In this document: piece after piece, positions 12,521 to 24,348 of the stretch
Layout: each line of letters starts with the position of its first letter
How positions within the stretch are numbered: position 1 is the first letter of the stretch
Assembly (NCBI GenBank): GCA_951406725.2
Contig: OX597815.1
Coordinates: forward strand, 37,944,001-38,008,000
Direction: 5' to 3'
DNA length: 64,000 nt
Source: Octopus vulgaris
Lineage: Eukaryota
Translations under genes and position numbers: made by a program
The notes under the pieces: generated by a model
What the model was told of the DNA's origin: nothing
The model's database searches: none
The model's input: the letters and a program-made list of their open reading frames with translations, nothing else

Positions 12521-12538
12521 CTTCTTCTTCTTCTTCTT

Positions 12539-12633
<95 letters not shown>

Positions 12634-12660
12634 CATTATTATTATTATTATTATCATTAT
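12521..12660. repeat. Compound (TTC)n(TTA)n microsatellite
   Basis: Direct sequence. Confidence 0.97.
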
Positions 12661-12830
12661 GGCAGAATCGTTAACACGCTATATGAAATGCTTAGCAGTA
12701 TTTCGCCCGTCGCTGGCGTTCTGAGTTCAAATTCCGCCGAGGTCGACTTGCCTGTTTTCCTTTCGTGTACTGTTAAATACCACTTAAACACAGGGGTCGA
12801 TGTAATCGACAAGTTCCTTCCTCACAAATA
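12660..12830 (+). mobile_element. SINE family A
   Basis: TGGCAGAATCGTTAAC...GAGTTCAAATTCCGCCGAGGTCGAC...GGGGTCGATGTAATCGAC. Confidence 0.8.
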
Positions 12831-12923
12831 CAAGTAGTTATATATGCTGTAGAAAACTTTTTAATAAAGATGTTTTGGGGTGTGACAAAATCTCCCCTCT
12901 CCTCTTGGTTTTCATTTACATAT

Positions 12924-12966
<43 letters not shown>

Positions 12967-14424
12967 GAGAAAGAGAGAGAGAGAAAGGGGGAGATAGGTA
13001 GATAGTTAGATAGAACGTTCTGTAGTCTCCACACCACCCAATATATTTTTAAGCCCAGCAATTTTTGTTAAATACACTATCCATAAAAAAGCATAATGGA
13101 CATTTTAGTAGAACATAGATTTTATCGATTAAACGTTTGTTGCATCCCAGACATTAAAATTTCGGTGCTTCTTTCACCTGTTTGGCTCATATAAAATTAA
13201 GTGTCGAGTATATATTTTTATTTTATGAGTTTTATACCAAAATATATTTTTATTATTGTTGCGTTTTTTGTTTCATTTATAGCTTAAGGTTAGATTCATT
13301 ATCTGTTAGGTCTCAATTTTTGGTGTAGTATTTTAAAACTGGATGCAGTCTCTCAACTCTTTTTTCTACGTTTGTTTTTTCGATATAGTCCCATGTTATT
13401 TGTTTCTAGTTTTTCACAGTGCATAAAATTCATATGAAATAATAATGTATTCTAGATATTTACTCGATACCCATAGTAAAATACATTTGATCGTAATTAT
13501 TTAGTTAACTTCCTTTCTTTGCAGCAACGTAAAAATCTTCAAGTAGAATAGAACATTGAAAATCCAAACCGAATAACATTTTAGATAGATCCGATTTAAT
13601 AATTAATCTGCCTACAACTGCATTTACTTTAAACATAATATATACATCTTTGTTATACATCAATCACTAAGTAGTAACCTATTACTATAAATGTAGCAAT
13701 ACTAAAATCAACGAGTAAAATGGTTGTGACTGGGGTTACCTAATCTCATTAAATATTTCTAAAAGCAATGTTTTTTTTATTTTCCGATTTAGTAAAAAAA
13801 CCGTAGTGTTTAGGAAGCAGTCTAACCTTGACTAAAATTCGTTTAATAAAACTTTTATCTTTTAACATTAAACAATTTAGAAGGCCATTCTTAAGCAATC
13901 AAGCATGCAACAGAAAATAAGTAGCTTAAATTATCCGATATTGCTAACTTAGAAACCAGAAGTAAATGAATATGCTACAAGGTGTTTTCATAATTATTTA
14001 CTAAAATTACATACAGTAAATCAAGTGATGCTGCAAAACTCTCAAGCTAATGTAATGCCTAATTTAGTAGCATGTCCAATATAACATGTAAGTAATGTAT
14101 TTTCGTTTAACACGTTGGAAATATATAATTAAAAAACAAACATTATTACTACTGCATATGTGTTCAAAGTAAGCTGCCATCATTCAATCTGTATACAAAA
14201 CATCCCAACTACATGTCCATCACATATGCTATCATGCCAGAAAACGTTACATCTGAAATACCTATAACTTATGGATTGCATCAAAAATTCATACGACAAA
14301 TGGACAGCAACACAATCATCATTACAGGTAAAAAGTGAAAGAATCACAAATCCTCAATTTTCCATACGATATCAATATGGAGCTAGGTGTCTTGACAAGA
14401 AATGTAATTATAGCTGCTAATATT

Positions 14425-14570
14425 GGAAGCGGGCAGAATTATTGTTACGTCGAACAAAATACTTAGCGGCATTTCGGCTGTCATTACGTTGAGTCCAACT
14501 GCGGCAGGTGTCGACTTTGACTTTCGTCGTTCGAGGTCGATAAAATAAGTACCAGTTGAGCACTGAATCC
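14425..14570 (+). mobile_element. SINE family A, degenerate
   Basis: CTTAGCGGCATTTCG...GTCGACTTTG...GGTCGATAAAATAAGTACCAGTTGAGCACTG. Confidence 0.7.
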
Positions 14571-14955
14571 AATATTTTAATGATAATTGTTATTACCCGT
14601 TTTACTCACCTGTTCTCCTTATCCCTCCTCTTGTTCATCATTCTTCCTTCTTTTCTTCTAAACCATAAAACTTTTATGTTTTCTTTTACATAGCACCCCT
14701 TTACAATTCCCTTCTTGATGTCTCCATTCATTATATACTTGTAGCTTTCCACCCATCTGCACCCATCTGACCAAACGATTGTTAAATTCCGATTCCACAC
14801 GTATTCATTTGCAATATTCTTTTGTGAACGAATTTGCTTACGATTCATATTATCTGTCCTATGTTTGATTTCATTTTTCGTCTGAGATAAATTAGGTATT
14901 GTAATGGCTAGTGGGAATATCCACGCTCCCGAGTATCAATAGGTAGCTTAGCTAG

Positions 14956-14984
<29 letters not shown>

Positions 14985-14986
<2 letters not shown>

Positions 14987-15435
14987 GTTGTTCCCTACCT
15001 ATTATTCCTTTAACTCTTCTCTTCCTACTATCTATCTTTGACGTCAATTCTTCTAACGGTTTTTTAAAAAAACACTCATTGTCGTTTTGTTTACCATGTA
15101 GGCAGTCATCGAAATTTTTGTTTGTCTTGTTGTCGAGAGAGGCTCCCTCTCTTTCCTGATGAGAAGATTGCATAATGCACCCTTTATTCCTTTGGAATGA
15201 AACCATGTTGTCTTCGAAACATATGTCGAGAGTAAAGGAATTTTGTTAACATCTTCGTTCGACTCCATTCTTTCATTTATTCATATACAACACACAAATT
15301 TCTGCACACGAACCCGGAGTTTCTACCCTTGGACAGGTCGCTTCAACCGTGTTTCTGACGTGAATTTGCTACCCTGGTTTCAGTTCAACGAATTTTCCAT
15401 GCTGACGATAAACATAGGATAATTCATTCACCTAT
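14985..15435 (+). mobile_element. Solo pseudo-LTR/UTR of a Penelope-like element, inserted in (TA)n
   Basis: (TA)n on both sides. Shares ATCTTTGACGT..ACGGTTT and GAAACAT..ACTCCATT with the Penelope 3' end (52690-52870, minus) and GTGA..TTTGCTACCCTGGT with its 5' UTR (~55807-55827). Confidence 0.7.
15151..15232 (+). ncRNA. Type I hammerhead ribozyme motif (intact core)
   Basis: Stem I CTTTC/GAGAG; CTGATGA (15156-15162); stem II GAAGA/TCTTC; GAAA (15216-15219); palindromic stem III CATATG; GTC cleavage triplet ending at 15227. Confidence 0.85.
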
Positions 15436-15436
15436 T

Positions 15437-15477
<41 letters not shown>

Positions 15478-15702
15478 GGTAAACAGAAAATGGAGAAATA
15501 TTGACCAACTTTAGTTCCCAGATAAACTTATGTTTATCTTTGTCATTGACTGTAACCTATGAGCATAACGTGCTTGCGTATGTATGCCCAGGGTTAACAG
15601 GTATTTATACCGGTAGTAAAATGGATATTTCTATCCCTTAGACGTTTATTCCAGCCTCTAACTCTACTAACCTATATATATATATATATATGTAAGTATA
15701 TA

Positions 15703-16089
15703 GGCGTAGGCGTGGCTGTGTGGTAAGTAGCTTGTCTACCAACCACCTGGTTCCGGGTTCAATGCCACTGCGTGGCACCTTGGGTAAGTGTCTTCTACTA
15801 TAGTCTCGGGCCGACCAACGCCTTGTGGGTGGATTTGTTAGACGGAAACTGAAAGAAGCCCGTCGTATATATGTATATATATATATATATATATCCGTGT
15901 ATGTGTTTGCTTGACAACCGATGCTGCTGTGTTTATGTTCCCGTTACATAGCGTTTCGGCAAAAGAGAGCGATAGAATAAGTACTGGGCTTACAAAAGAA
16001 TAAGTCCCAGGGTCTAGTTGCTCGATTAAAGGCGGTGCTCCAGCATGGCCACAGTCAAATGACTGAAACAAGTAACAGAGTAACAGAGA
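15703..16089 (+). mobile_element. SINE family B (tRNA-derived, CORE-like), full length with internal (TA)n
   Basis: A box TGGCTGTGTGG (15713), B box GGTTCAATGCC (15756), ACCTTGGGTAAGTGTCTT block, short tandem tail GTAACAGA; three other copies in the window. Confidence 0.9.
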
Positions 16090-16639
16090 ATATATAAATA
16101 TAATATATGTATATACATATATGTGTGTGAGTTTATATATATATTATATATAAACATTTTATAATTACATGTATATTGGGTAAAGTTGATGTAGCTTCTC
16201 AGGTTACCTAAAGTTTTCTGGGTGTGAAAGCAGATTAATTTGCTCGGACAAGCGGAGGCAAAGCGTCAAAAACAATACGGCTTCTTCATTTCAGAGCAAA
16301 GTTAACTTCCTTCAGTTTCAGACACGCTGGTGTAGTGACAACTCGGCAACAATAGATCACCATGTTAAAACAAGCCGGATATTAATAGCACTAAGTCATC
16401 GATAGATGGTATTTCGAACTCCAGCGACATCAATGCTGAAGACGTGACTGAAGCATTGAGTTTAACGTAATAAAGCAGACATGTGCACGGACATACACAC
16501 ACAAACTCAATAATGCGCAAATTTACACACAAGAACTCAATAATGCCAAACACTGAATTCCTTAACAATCAGAATCTTTTAAACTTTCAAAAACGAAAAT
16601 CATGGAAATATAAATATTTTCAATTATAATAATACTTTT

Positions 16640-16835
16640 AACTATAGGCACATGGCCTGAAATTTGGTGGGAGGGTAGAAGTCGATTACATCGAACCCAG
16701 CATTTTACTAGTACTTAATTTATCGACCACGAACTGATGAAATGTGGAATTTGAACTCAGTACATAGCAGCAGACGAACTTCCCGTGAGGATTTTCGCCC
16801 AGCGGGCTAAAGATTGCTGCCAGCTTGCTACCTTA
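16640..16835 (-). mobile_element. SINE family A
   Basis: Reverse complement of family A (GTACTTAATTTATCGACC, GGAATTTGAACTCAG, GCCAGCTTGCTACCTT). Confidence 0.75.
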
Positions 16836-17079
16836 ATCTTCATCTATAATAATAAAAGAAAAAAAAATTTAAATTGCGGGTGAAATTTTCCAAATTAATT
16901 TATTTATGGAAGTTTTTAAAGTCCATTTACTTAAAAACAAAGGACAAATTTAAAAGTGTATCACATGGTTAGGCCATCCTGGCAAACATGGGTCTCACCG
17001 ATTTACTGATACCCACCTTAATATTATATAGAAGGATGTAAAAAGTTTTCTTATTGAATACTTTCATACATGAACTCAT

Positions 17080-17430
17080 TTCATTATTAAATACTTTCGT
17101 TCTTTCACTACGAAGATGATTAGATCCTGATAATTTAAATCTTTGGAATAATGCGACACACTGTCAGATTTCATAATGCGCGACCCCTTCAAGGCTTCAG
17201 TTTGAGTTCATGTGGCATCAATTTTATGGTCAAAGTGCAGGTAATGTATTTGACACTATTTCCAGTCCATACAACCGAATGGTCCTGACCCCATGACTTT
17301 TGTATTATCCTTATTGATTAGTTTCAAAAATTCATCTTAGCAGAAGTTCTAAATAATTTAATTTTCGATTGTCTTCCATACCCTTCCATGCTTAAAGCTG
17401 ATAACGTTAAGCCCAGCGCGCAGTATTATG
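17080..17430 (-). mobile_element. Very old mariner-like transposase remnant
   Basis: Minus-strand MPHELK followed by CVALFQRFK resembles WVPHEL...C..LL.R; heavily decayed. Confidence 0.3.
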
Positions 17431-19399
17431 TTGTTTGAGCGGGAGTTTATAGAATGCGGATTCAACTATATCATCTACATCAACATGACTAAATCTTTGT
17501 GTATGTGTGTGTGTGTGTATGTGGGTTTCGTGTGTGTGTAAGTAATTAATATAAACTATAAAATAATTTCATCATCATCAATTTAAAAGAAATAGGTTTC
17601 ATCCCAGAATTAGTAAAATACCTCCAACTACCATCTATTAGAAATAGCTGAAACGGAGAATATGTTTTTTCTCTTTACTTTCCTTTTGTAACTGGAGCTC
17701 TGAAAGTGTATCATCTAGTTTGTAGATCTTTGAGGTTGTTGTAAAACCCCGGAACGAAATTCATAGAGGAAATCATAGAAGAAATCATGAAGAAATTGAC
17801 AAGAAACATCAACCCACAACAACCCAAGAAAAAAATACTTAGTTCGTTAGTGATGTGTACCTTGGTTTGGGACAAAAAAGCGTAACCCAGTATAGAACAC
17901 ATCTGCGGTGCGATAGAGATGCAGGGCACCGCGGAGAAGTGAGAATAGAAATTGTGGCGAAGAATAATTTCAAAATGGTATGTGGTCGAGTATATTCATG
18001 TGTGTATATGGGTTTGTATGTATGAAATTTCGGTGTGCAAATCTTTTATAAAATTCTTCTCTTTATTTGAAAGGAAATACCGATAGAGGAGAGCTAATTT
18101 ATGCTGCAATGGGCCAAAACCTCACGACGAGTGAATGAAAGATTTAGACTCCGTCCTAATGTGCGTATCAGTGTTTTGTATACACGTATGCACACATACA
18201 TGCGCATACACACTCATACGCACACATACATAAACACACACACATAATCGTTTATCATATACAATGTAATGGTGATATTTTCCATTCTTAGAACACGAAT
18301 GGAGAGTAGACTTAGGTAGTTTGATGACACACGTTTCCTTCTCTTTCTTCATCTTATTTTTGAATAAATTCTTGTGCCAACTTCTGATCCCCATTATCTC
18401 AACAATGAAATAAGCTGCCCAAATATAACAGTCTTATCATCACGTAAGTGATGGAGATTAGCATGCTGGTAATAAAATTAATTGCATCAGAATTTACTTT
18501 CAATACATATAAAATTTCAATATTTATATTTAATCTCAAATTATGAGTTGCTATACAGCATATGGATTTGGTATATATAATCGATATAGATTTCTTCGCT
18601 ATATATATTTTAGAATCACGTGAAAACATATAGAATATATTTTTTTATTGAATAGATTCAAATATTAAATATTTCATAAAAAACGATCACATGCGTTGAG
18701 ACGATCTTGCTTTTCAGAATCTGTAATGGCGAGTGGTCTAAGTCAAGCCGTCGTATGAAACCGCATACTAACTTCTCATTTTTGACCAACTGTGCTCACT
18801 ACAAAAATAGCAAGACTACAATTATTACCGTTCTTTATGACCTTATGATCTTACATCTTTGAAGAGTTGACATAAATGGCAAAATATCGAATTTCATCTG
18901 AAATGGATATCTATCTGATAGTTTAAAATTAGTGTTATAATCCTATCCGTGTCAACGTTTGAAAACTTGCGATTCCATCTTGAAGCTGATTCAACCATAT
19001 CATCTACATCAACATGATTAAATCTCTTTTAACATATAGACAAAGCCAGACAGAATTTCATGTGTCGGTCTCTGCTTGGGTGATCAAGTTTCAATGCTAA
19101 TTTCGTTTCTATCTACATTCGAAATGAATTATTATGGCGATTGGCTGCCACTGTAAGAGATATTTGGCAAAATGTTGTTAGTTTAAGCGTGATGAACATT
19201 ACTGAGACGGTATCAAGTCGTATTATAATGATCTCGTTCTGTACTAAGCTCGGGATTTGCTATGCTGCCGAGATAATTTTGAAAGTAAATTCTATTGCTT
19301 ATGTTGTTTTTATTTTTGTAGAAATAGGCTGCTAAATTCAAAGACAGACTAAATAATTGACATTCTATGTATGAACAAAATCAATTTCATTCAAAGTAA

Positions 19400-20720
19400 A
19401 ATGAACAGAGTGTGAGAAGCAAAACAACTGTGAACAAGAAAAATATCCAGTCAGCTGGGTAATATTAGCGCATTCAGTGATCTATAAAACAAAATGTAAT
19501 AACTTTTATTAACAAAACGTAAAAAAAATGCACCTTAAATCCAACAGAAACTTGCAGAAGATAACGGAAACATTGAGGAAAATAGAAGATCTGGGGGAAA
19601 AAAGCAGACACTTAAAGAAATAAAAAGATGAATGCAGAACAGATGCTGAAGAAATTTCAGAGATTTAGAATGTTGGAAAAGAACAATAATATATTATCTT
19701 CCAAGAAATTAAAAAGAAAAATGAATTTCCAAAGAATTCAATATTAATGTATTTTTCACTACAGTATATAATTACTATTTACAACTAACGTTGGAAAAGA
19801 GTTGATAGTAAGCAGTATAGTGAGTATATAACATTGACTAGGACTTCAAGTAAAGAAAAGAAAATGTTATAAATGTAAAGTATAAATAGGTAATCCAGAA
19901 TGCGAGGTCTCTGGTTGTGGGAAGTAGATGACAATATGTCTTCAATATAAAAACGATATAGTATACACAGCAAACACTTATGTTGGCAGTGCTATCACAA
20001 AACTTATACTGTGTATATAGCAACACATGTGAATAAGAGAACGCTACTTCAATTAACAACAACAAAACGGAAAGAAAAAAACTAGCAAGAAGCAAACGAA
20101 AGAGTCTCTGCTTCATGGCTTCTAGAAGTGAGAAATGGCATCTGGATATCTCATATCACACTAAACGTAGTCAAACTTTACATAAATACTAGTAAATGTA
20201 GTTTTAGGTATACAACGATGCGATTGTTATTGGTCAGTGCTTGAACGTTGTTGATAATAGATCTATTCCTTCAGATCTAGAATTAAATAAAACAATAACA
20301 ACAACAGAGAAAAATTTCAGTAACATATTATTTTTCATGTTGCGCAAAGCCGATGACCTTGGGCTAGTAGATGGATGATTTGACAGGTTGAGAAAATAAG
20401 TAAAAACAACGTAATGGTAAATATTCTAGATCAATATTTACGCTGGTAACACTCAAAATACTAGCAGCTACGCATTTCTGAAATAAATAAGATATGATTT
20501 CTCCAGAGGTTATCATGTAAAGATGTAATAACAATAAGCTTTCCAAATGTGTTAGCACCGTTTAATGAAATAGCTTCATCTGAAACTGCAACCTTGGCAG
20601 GCCAACAATCTTCGAAGGAATGCAAAATATGACAGTTATAATCATTACGCATACCGTTGGAACAATAACATGTTTTGTGTATTATCGTATCTAATTTGTT
20701 CATTTATATTAGTTTTCTGT
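19400..20720 (+). mobile_element. Highly degenerate L1/Tx1-like remnant (ORF1 knuckle + APE endonuclease)
   Basis: KCYKCK near 19861; RWMI followed by INIYAGN (~20368-20452), resembling the GR.I...INIYAPN motif; many stops. Confidence 0.35.
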
Positions 20721-21097
20721 ATATTTGTTTCATATGTCTAACCAAGAACATTCTAAGTTTAATTAGATGAAAAGCCATACCCGCCACTCAATACATATTG
20801 CGTATATAGCAAGTATCACGCCTCTGCTTATTGGTTTAGGTGCCTAAGTTTTCGTAAACAGATTGTCCAGCTCTCCCACACATTGGCCCAATGGAATATC
20901 AATGATGCAGGGAACGAAATACCAGCTCGCGGCAGGTTCCGTTTGCAGTTGATTAGAATCATCCAAGGTCACTATACTCCACGTTGTCCGTGAACCGAAG
21001 TCCGAACTAACGGTTCAGATCTGAAGACACCTAATCGCTAGACTACGAGTCTTGATTAGAAGGTAATATATTTGAACTGCATTATTAATTATAGTAA

Positions 21098-21297
21098 GTC
21101 CTTTCTACAATAAACACAAGGCCTGGAATTTGCGGGGAGCGGAGAAAGTCAGTTACATCCTCCCCAGTGTTTGATTGGTACTTATTTCATCGACCCCGAA
21201 CGGATGAAAGGCAAAGACTATCTCCGCAGAGGAAACGACGAATGAAACACCGCTAAGCATTTTGGCCGGCGTGCTAATGTTTCTGCCAGCTCGCCAC
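21098..21297 (-). mobile_element. SINE family A
   Basis: GGTACTTATTTCATCGACCCCGAACGGATGAAAGGCAAAG...CCGCTAAGCATT...CTGCCAGCTCGCC. Confidence 0.85.
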
Positions 21298-21300
21298 CAC

Positions 21301-21334
21301 AATGATAATAATAATAATGATAATAATAATAATA

Positions 21335-21384
<50 letters not shown>

Positions 21385-21431
21385 AATGGTGGTGGTGGTG
21401 GTGGTGGTGGTGATGGTGATGATGGTGATGG

Positions 21432-21477
<46 letters not shown>

Positions 21478-21486
21478 AATAATAAT

Positions 21487-21524
<38 letters not shown>

Positions 21525-21629
21525 TAATAATGATGATGATGATGATGATGATCATGATGATGATCATGATGATGATGATGATAATGGTGGTGGTGGTGGT
21601 GGTGGTGGTGATGGTGATGATGGTGATGG

Positions 21630-21675
<46 letters not shown>

Positions 21676-21733
21676 AATAATAATTATAATAATAATAATA
21701 ATAACAATAATAATAATAATAATAATGATAATA

Positions 21734-21777
<44 letters not shown>

Positions 21778-21821
21778 AATGGTGGTGGTGGTGGTGGTGG
21801 TGATGGTGATGATGGTGATGG

Positions 21822-21861
<40 letters not shown>

Positions 21862-21868
21862 AATAATT

Positions 21869-21929
<61 letters not shown>

Positions 21930-21936
21930 TAATAAA

Positions 21937-21975
<39 letters not shown>
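21301..21975. repeat. Compound AAT/GAT/GGT microsatellite with three ~195-bp higher-order units
   Basis: (GGT)n blocks start at ~21388, 21586 and 21781, each followed by GATGGTGATGATGGTGATGGT(GAT)n(AAT)nTAT(AAT)n. Confidence 0.95.
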
Positions 21976-21976
<1 letters not shown>

Positions 21977-22843
21977 GAGAGAAACATGTTATGAAGAAGA
22001 ACAAAAAATGTTCTGTTATGAAGGAGAACAAAAAGTTTTCAAGTGAGTTTATGCATAATACTCAGGTTGAACAGCACGATGGAAGTGCGGCGACTGTAGT
22101 CGCAAAGCAGGTGAAATCAATAGCAAAAGAAAATGTGTTTGAACACTTGGCAGATTGGTGGGAATAAAGACCTCTGCATGGCAAATATGTGGCCCCCTCG
22201 CAAACAAGCTGATGTCGATCAGAAGCATACCCATCAGTGGCTACAGAGCTCAGGATTAAAGGTAGTGAGTGAAGGTTTTTATCTTGGCTGCTCAAAGCCA
22301 GAGCTTATTGAACCTGAACTATCAAACCAATGCGATGAAAAATGGTGTAGACCCAAAGTGCCGATACTGCAACAAAGGGATTCAAACAATCTCTGGGTGT
22401 AAGGCTTTAGCACCTGCATGGTACCAATCAAGACATGACAGAGTTGGCCAATATCTACATTGGATAATGTGTTGGCTTTATAAAATTAAAGCTGTTGACA
22501 AATGGTACAAGCACCACCCTGAGGCTGCAACTGAGGGAGAATATGTAACGATTCTTTGAGACTTCCCAGTATGTGCACATCGGATCATCAAAGCATATAT
22601 ACGAGATATTGTCGTGAAATATCAAACTAATAAAGCCTGTTTATTGATTGACATGAGCATACCCGGTGACCATAATGTCTCGGTAAAAGAATTTGATAAG
22701 ACCAGAAAATATAAAGATTTGCTAATCGAAATCGGAAAGATGTGGCACCTCGAGGCAATTACAGTACCAGAGATTGTAGGCGCACTTGGAATGATCAAAC
22801 AAGGAACTGAAAATTATTTAAGAATGATCCCTGACTTACCATC
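21976..22843 (+). mobile_element. R4/Dong-like LINE C-terminal fragment, cut by a Gypsy LTR
   Basis: HQWLQSSGLK, FILAAQSQSL, CRYC..ISGC, RHDRVGQYLHW, CLLIDMSIPGD, KYKDL, IVGALGMIK; stops at MIPDLP. Confidence 0.88.
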
Positions 22844-23092
22844 TGCTGTGCGAGAAGACACTCCCTGGCAAGAATGGGCTGGACCACTACATATAAACAG
22901 CAGCGGTGTGAGTAAGGGAAATACATGTGTTGATAGTTCAAAGTTGAAGTTCAAAGTTTACAGTTCGAGTTAGCGTGTCGGATTGTTGTTTCTTAAAATA
23001 TTGTTGTTTCGTTCCGTGTGGTTACTGCCGCTTGTTTCGATTATATTGTTATTAAACTGTTGCAGGATATTCGTTTATCCTTAAGATTAACA
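22844..23092 (+). mobile_element. Gypsy 5' LTR (~250 bp)
   Basis: TG...TAACA termini, TATA-like ATATAAA (~22891), ATTAAA (~23051), immediately followed by a PBS. Confidence 0.75.
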
Positions 23093-23094
23093 TC

Positions 23095-23106
23095 TGGCGA
23101 CGAGGA
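23095..23106 (+). promoter_or_regulatory. Primer-binding site complementary to the tRNA-Ser(GCU) 3' end
   Basis: TGGCGACGAGGA, 2 nt downstream of the LTR's terminal CA. Confidence 0.8.
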
Positions 23107-23129
23107 CTGTTCGAAACTCACATTGGTAA

Positions 23130-24348
23130 TTTGACAATTACTGCGTTTTGGAAAACCTATTAGCCACAGTAGTGCAACTTCAAGAGAAGCAACATGAAGA
23201 GCTGCAGGAACTGTAAAGACAAATACTGCAACAACAGCAGCAGCAACAACAACAACAACGACAACGACTTTAATTAATCGGGTTACAGCCGGTGAAGTCC
23301 GAAAATCCAGTTAGAGCGGCTAACACAATTTCTGAATTTACGTATAATACAGAGGAGGGTATTATAGAAGATACGAAGAAAATTTTAACAACGAGTGCAA
23401 GTCATGGTCGGAGGAGCAGAAAGTAAGGCTTTTACTACGCGAGGTAGCTCCTGCCGAAACATGAGCATTACTGTAAATATTCTGACCAAAATGTCGATTA
23501 AGATTGGTTTTCAAGAAACCGTGGGACTGCTTTCAAAATTTTCTTGTGATATAAGTCCATTATCCAACATAAGAATGGGGTGTTGGAACTTAACAAAAAA
23601 TGACGTCGAGGATCTTATCACAAACACCGGAGTGGTCAACCGTATGTGCGAAAATTTCAGACATCAGAATCTACCTCAGGATATGTTCAAATCACCTGAG
23701 GATAGACAAATTCGGGCTAGGATTCCCTCGAAAATGGAGCAAGCGAAGCAGGATTTATCTCTACAAACCTTCGCAGAAGAATGTCAGACTATGGTACATC
23801 TTAAACATAATGTGAAACAATACAGGATAAAGACTCTGCAATAATTCATGTGTGACGTCCCGGGAGTCACAATAATAAGAGTATCAGGCCCCAATCCATG
23901 TTATGGTTGTGGAGGCCTATGCTACAAAAAAGAGTCTCTGTTTAAAAACAAAAAGCGTTATAGTTGTCAGAAGCAAAGACACAGGAGTGCTCATTGTAGA
24001 ACAAGACTACGAGGCTCAAATACAAAAAGTTCAAAGGTGAGCAATTGCCACGGAAAAAAAACAAAAAAAAATCGTGCATGCGAAAATAAATGATGTGAAT
24101 ACCAAATTACAGTTAGACACAAGTAGTGATCCCGATTATAAATGCGGATATTTGGGAAAAAAATTGGAAAACCGAAATTACATAAAATGGCGCGTGCTGT
24201 AACGGTCTATAAATTACATTTCATAGGCAAAACATGTAACGACGTCACATTTCGAAGAGAGACACGCGAAGCAAAGTTATTCGTTGTGAATAATACAATC
24301 AATCGGTTTAACACAAATTGGTTAGAATTATTCCATTTATGGCACCTC
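23130..24348 (+). pseudogene. Gypsy (Mag-like) gag-protease, disrupted and 3'-truncated
   Basis: ISEFTYN..YRRYEE..WSEEQKVRLLLR, VVNRMCENF, tandem knuckles CYGCGG... and SCQKQRHRSAHC, protease motif LQLDTSSD (~24108-24130), TNWLELFHLW. Confidence 0.82.

Noticed and set aside
15703-15775. tRNA gene
   Set aside because: A and B boxes are present, but it is the head of a multi-copy SINE and lacks a complete cloverleaf.
16843-17010. Second small Helitron (A|TCTATAATAATAAAA start, decayed hairpin)
   Set aside because: The 3' hairpin and CTAG are too degenerate to support a call.
19838-20116. Hydrophobic 92-aa ORF resembling a membrane or secreted protein
   Set aside because: Antisense to A-rich decayed L1-like sequence; no recognisable domain or splice context.
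21262-22167. 301-aa N/D/G-rich ORF as a real gene
   Set aside because: Built from a SINE end, a microsatellite and a LINE fragment; no independent evidence of coding.
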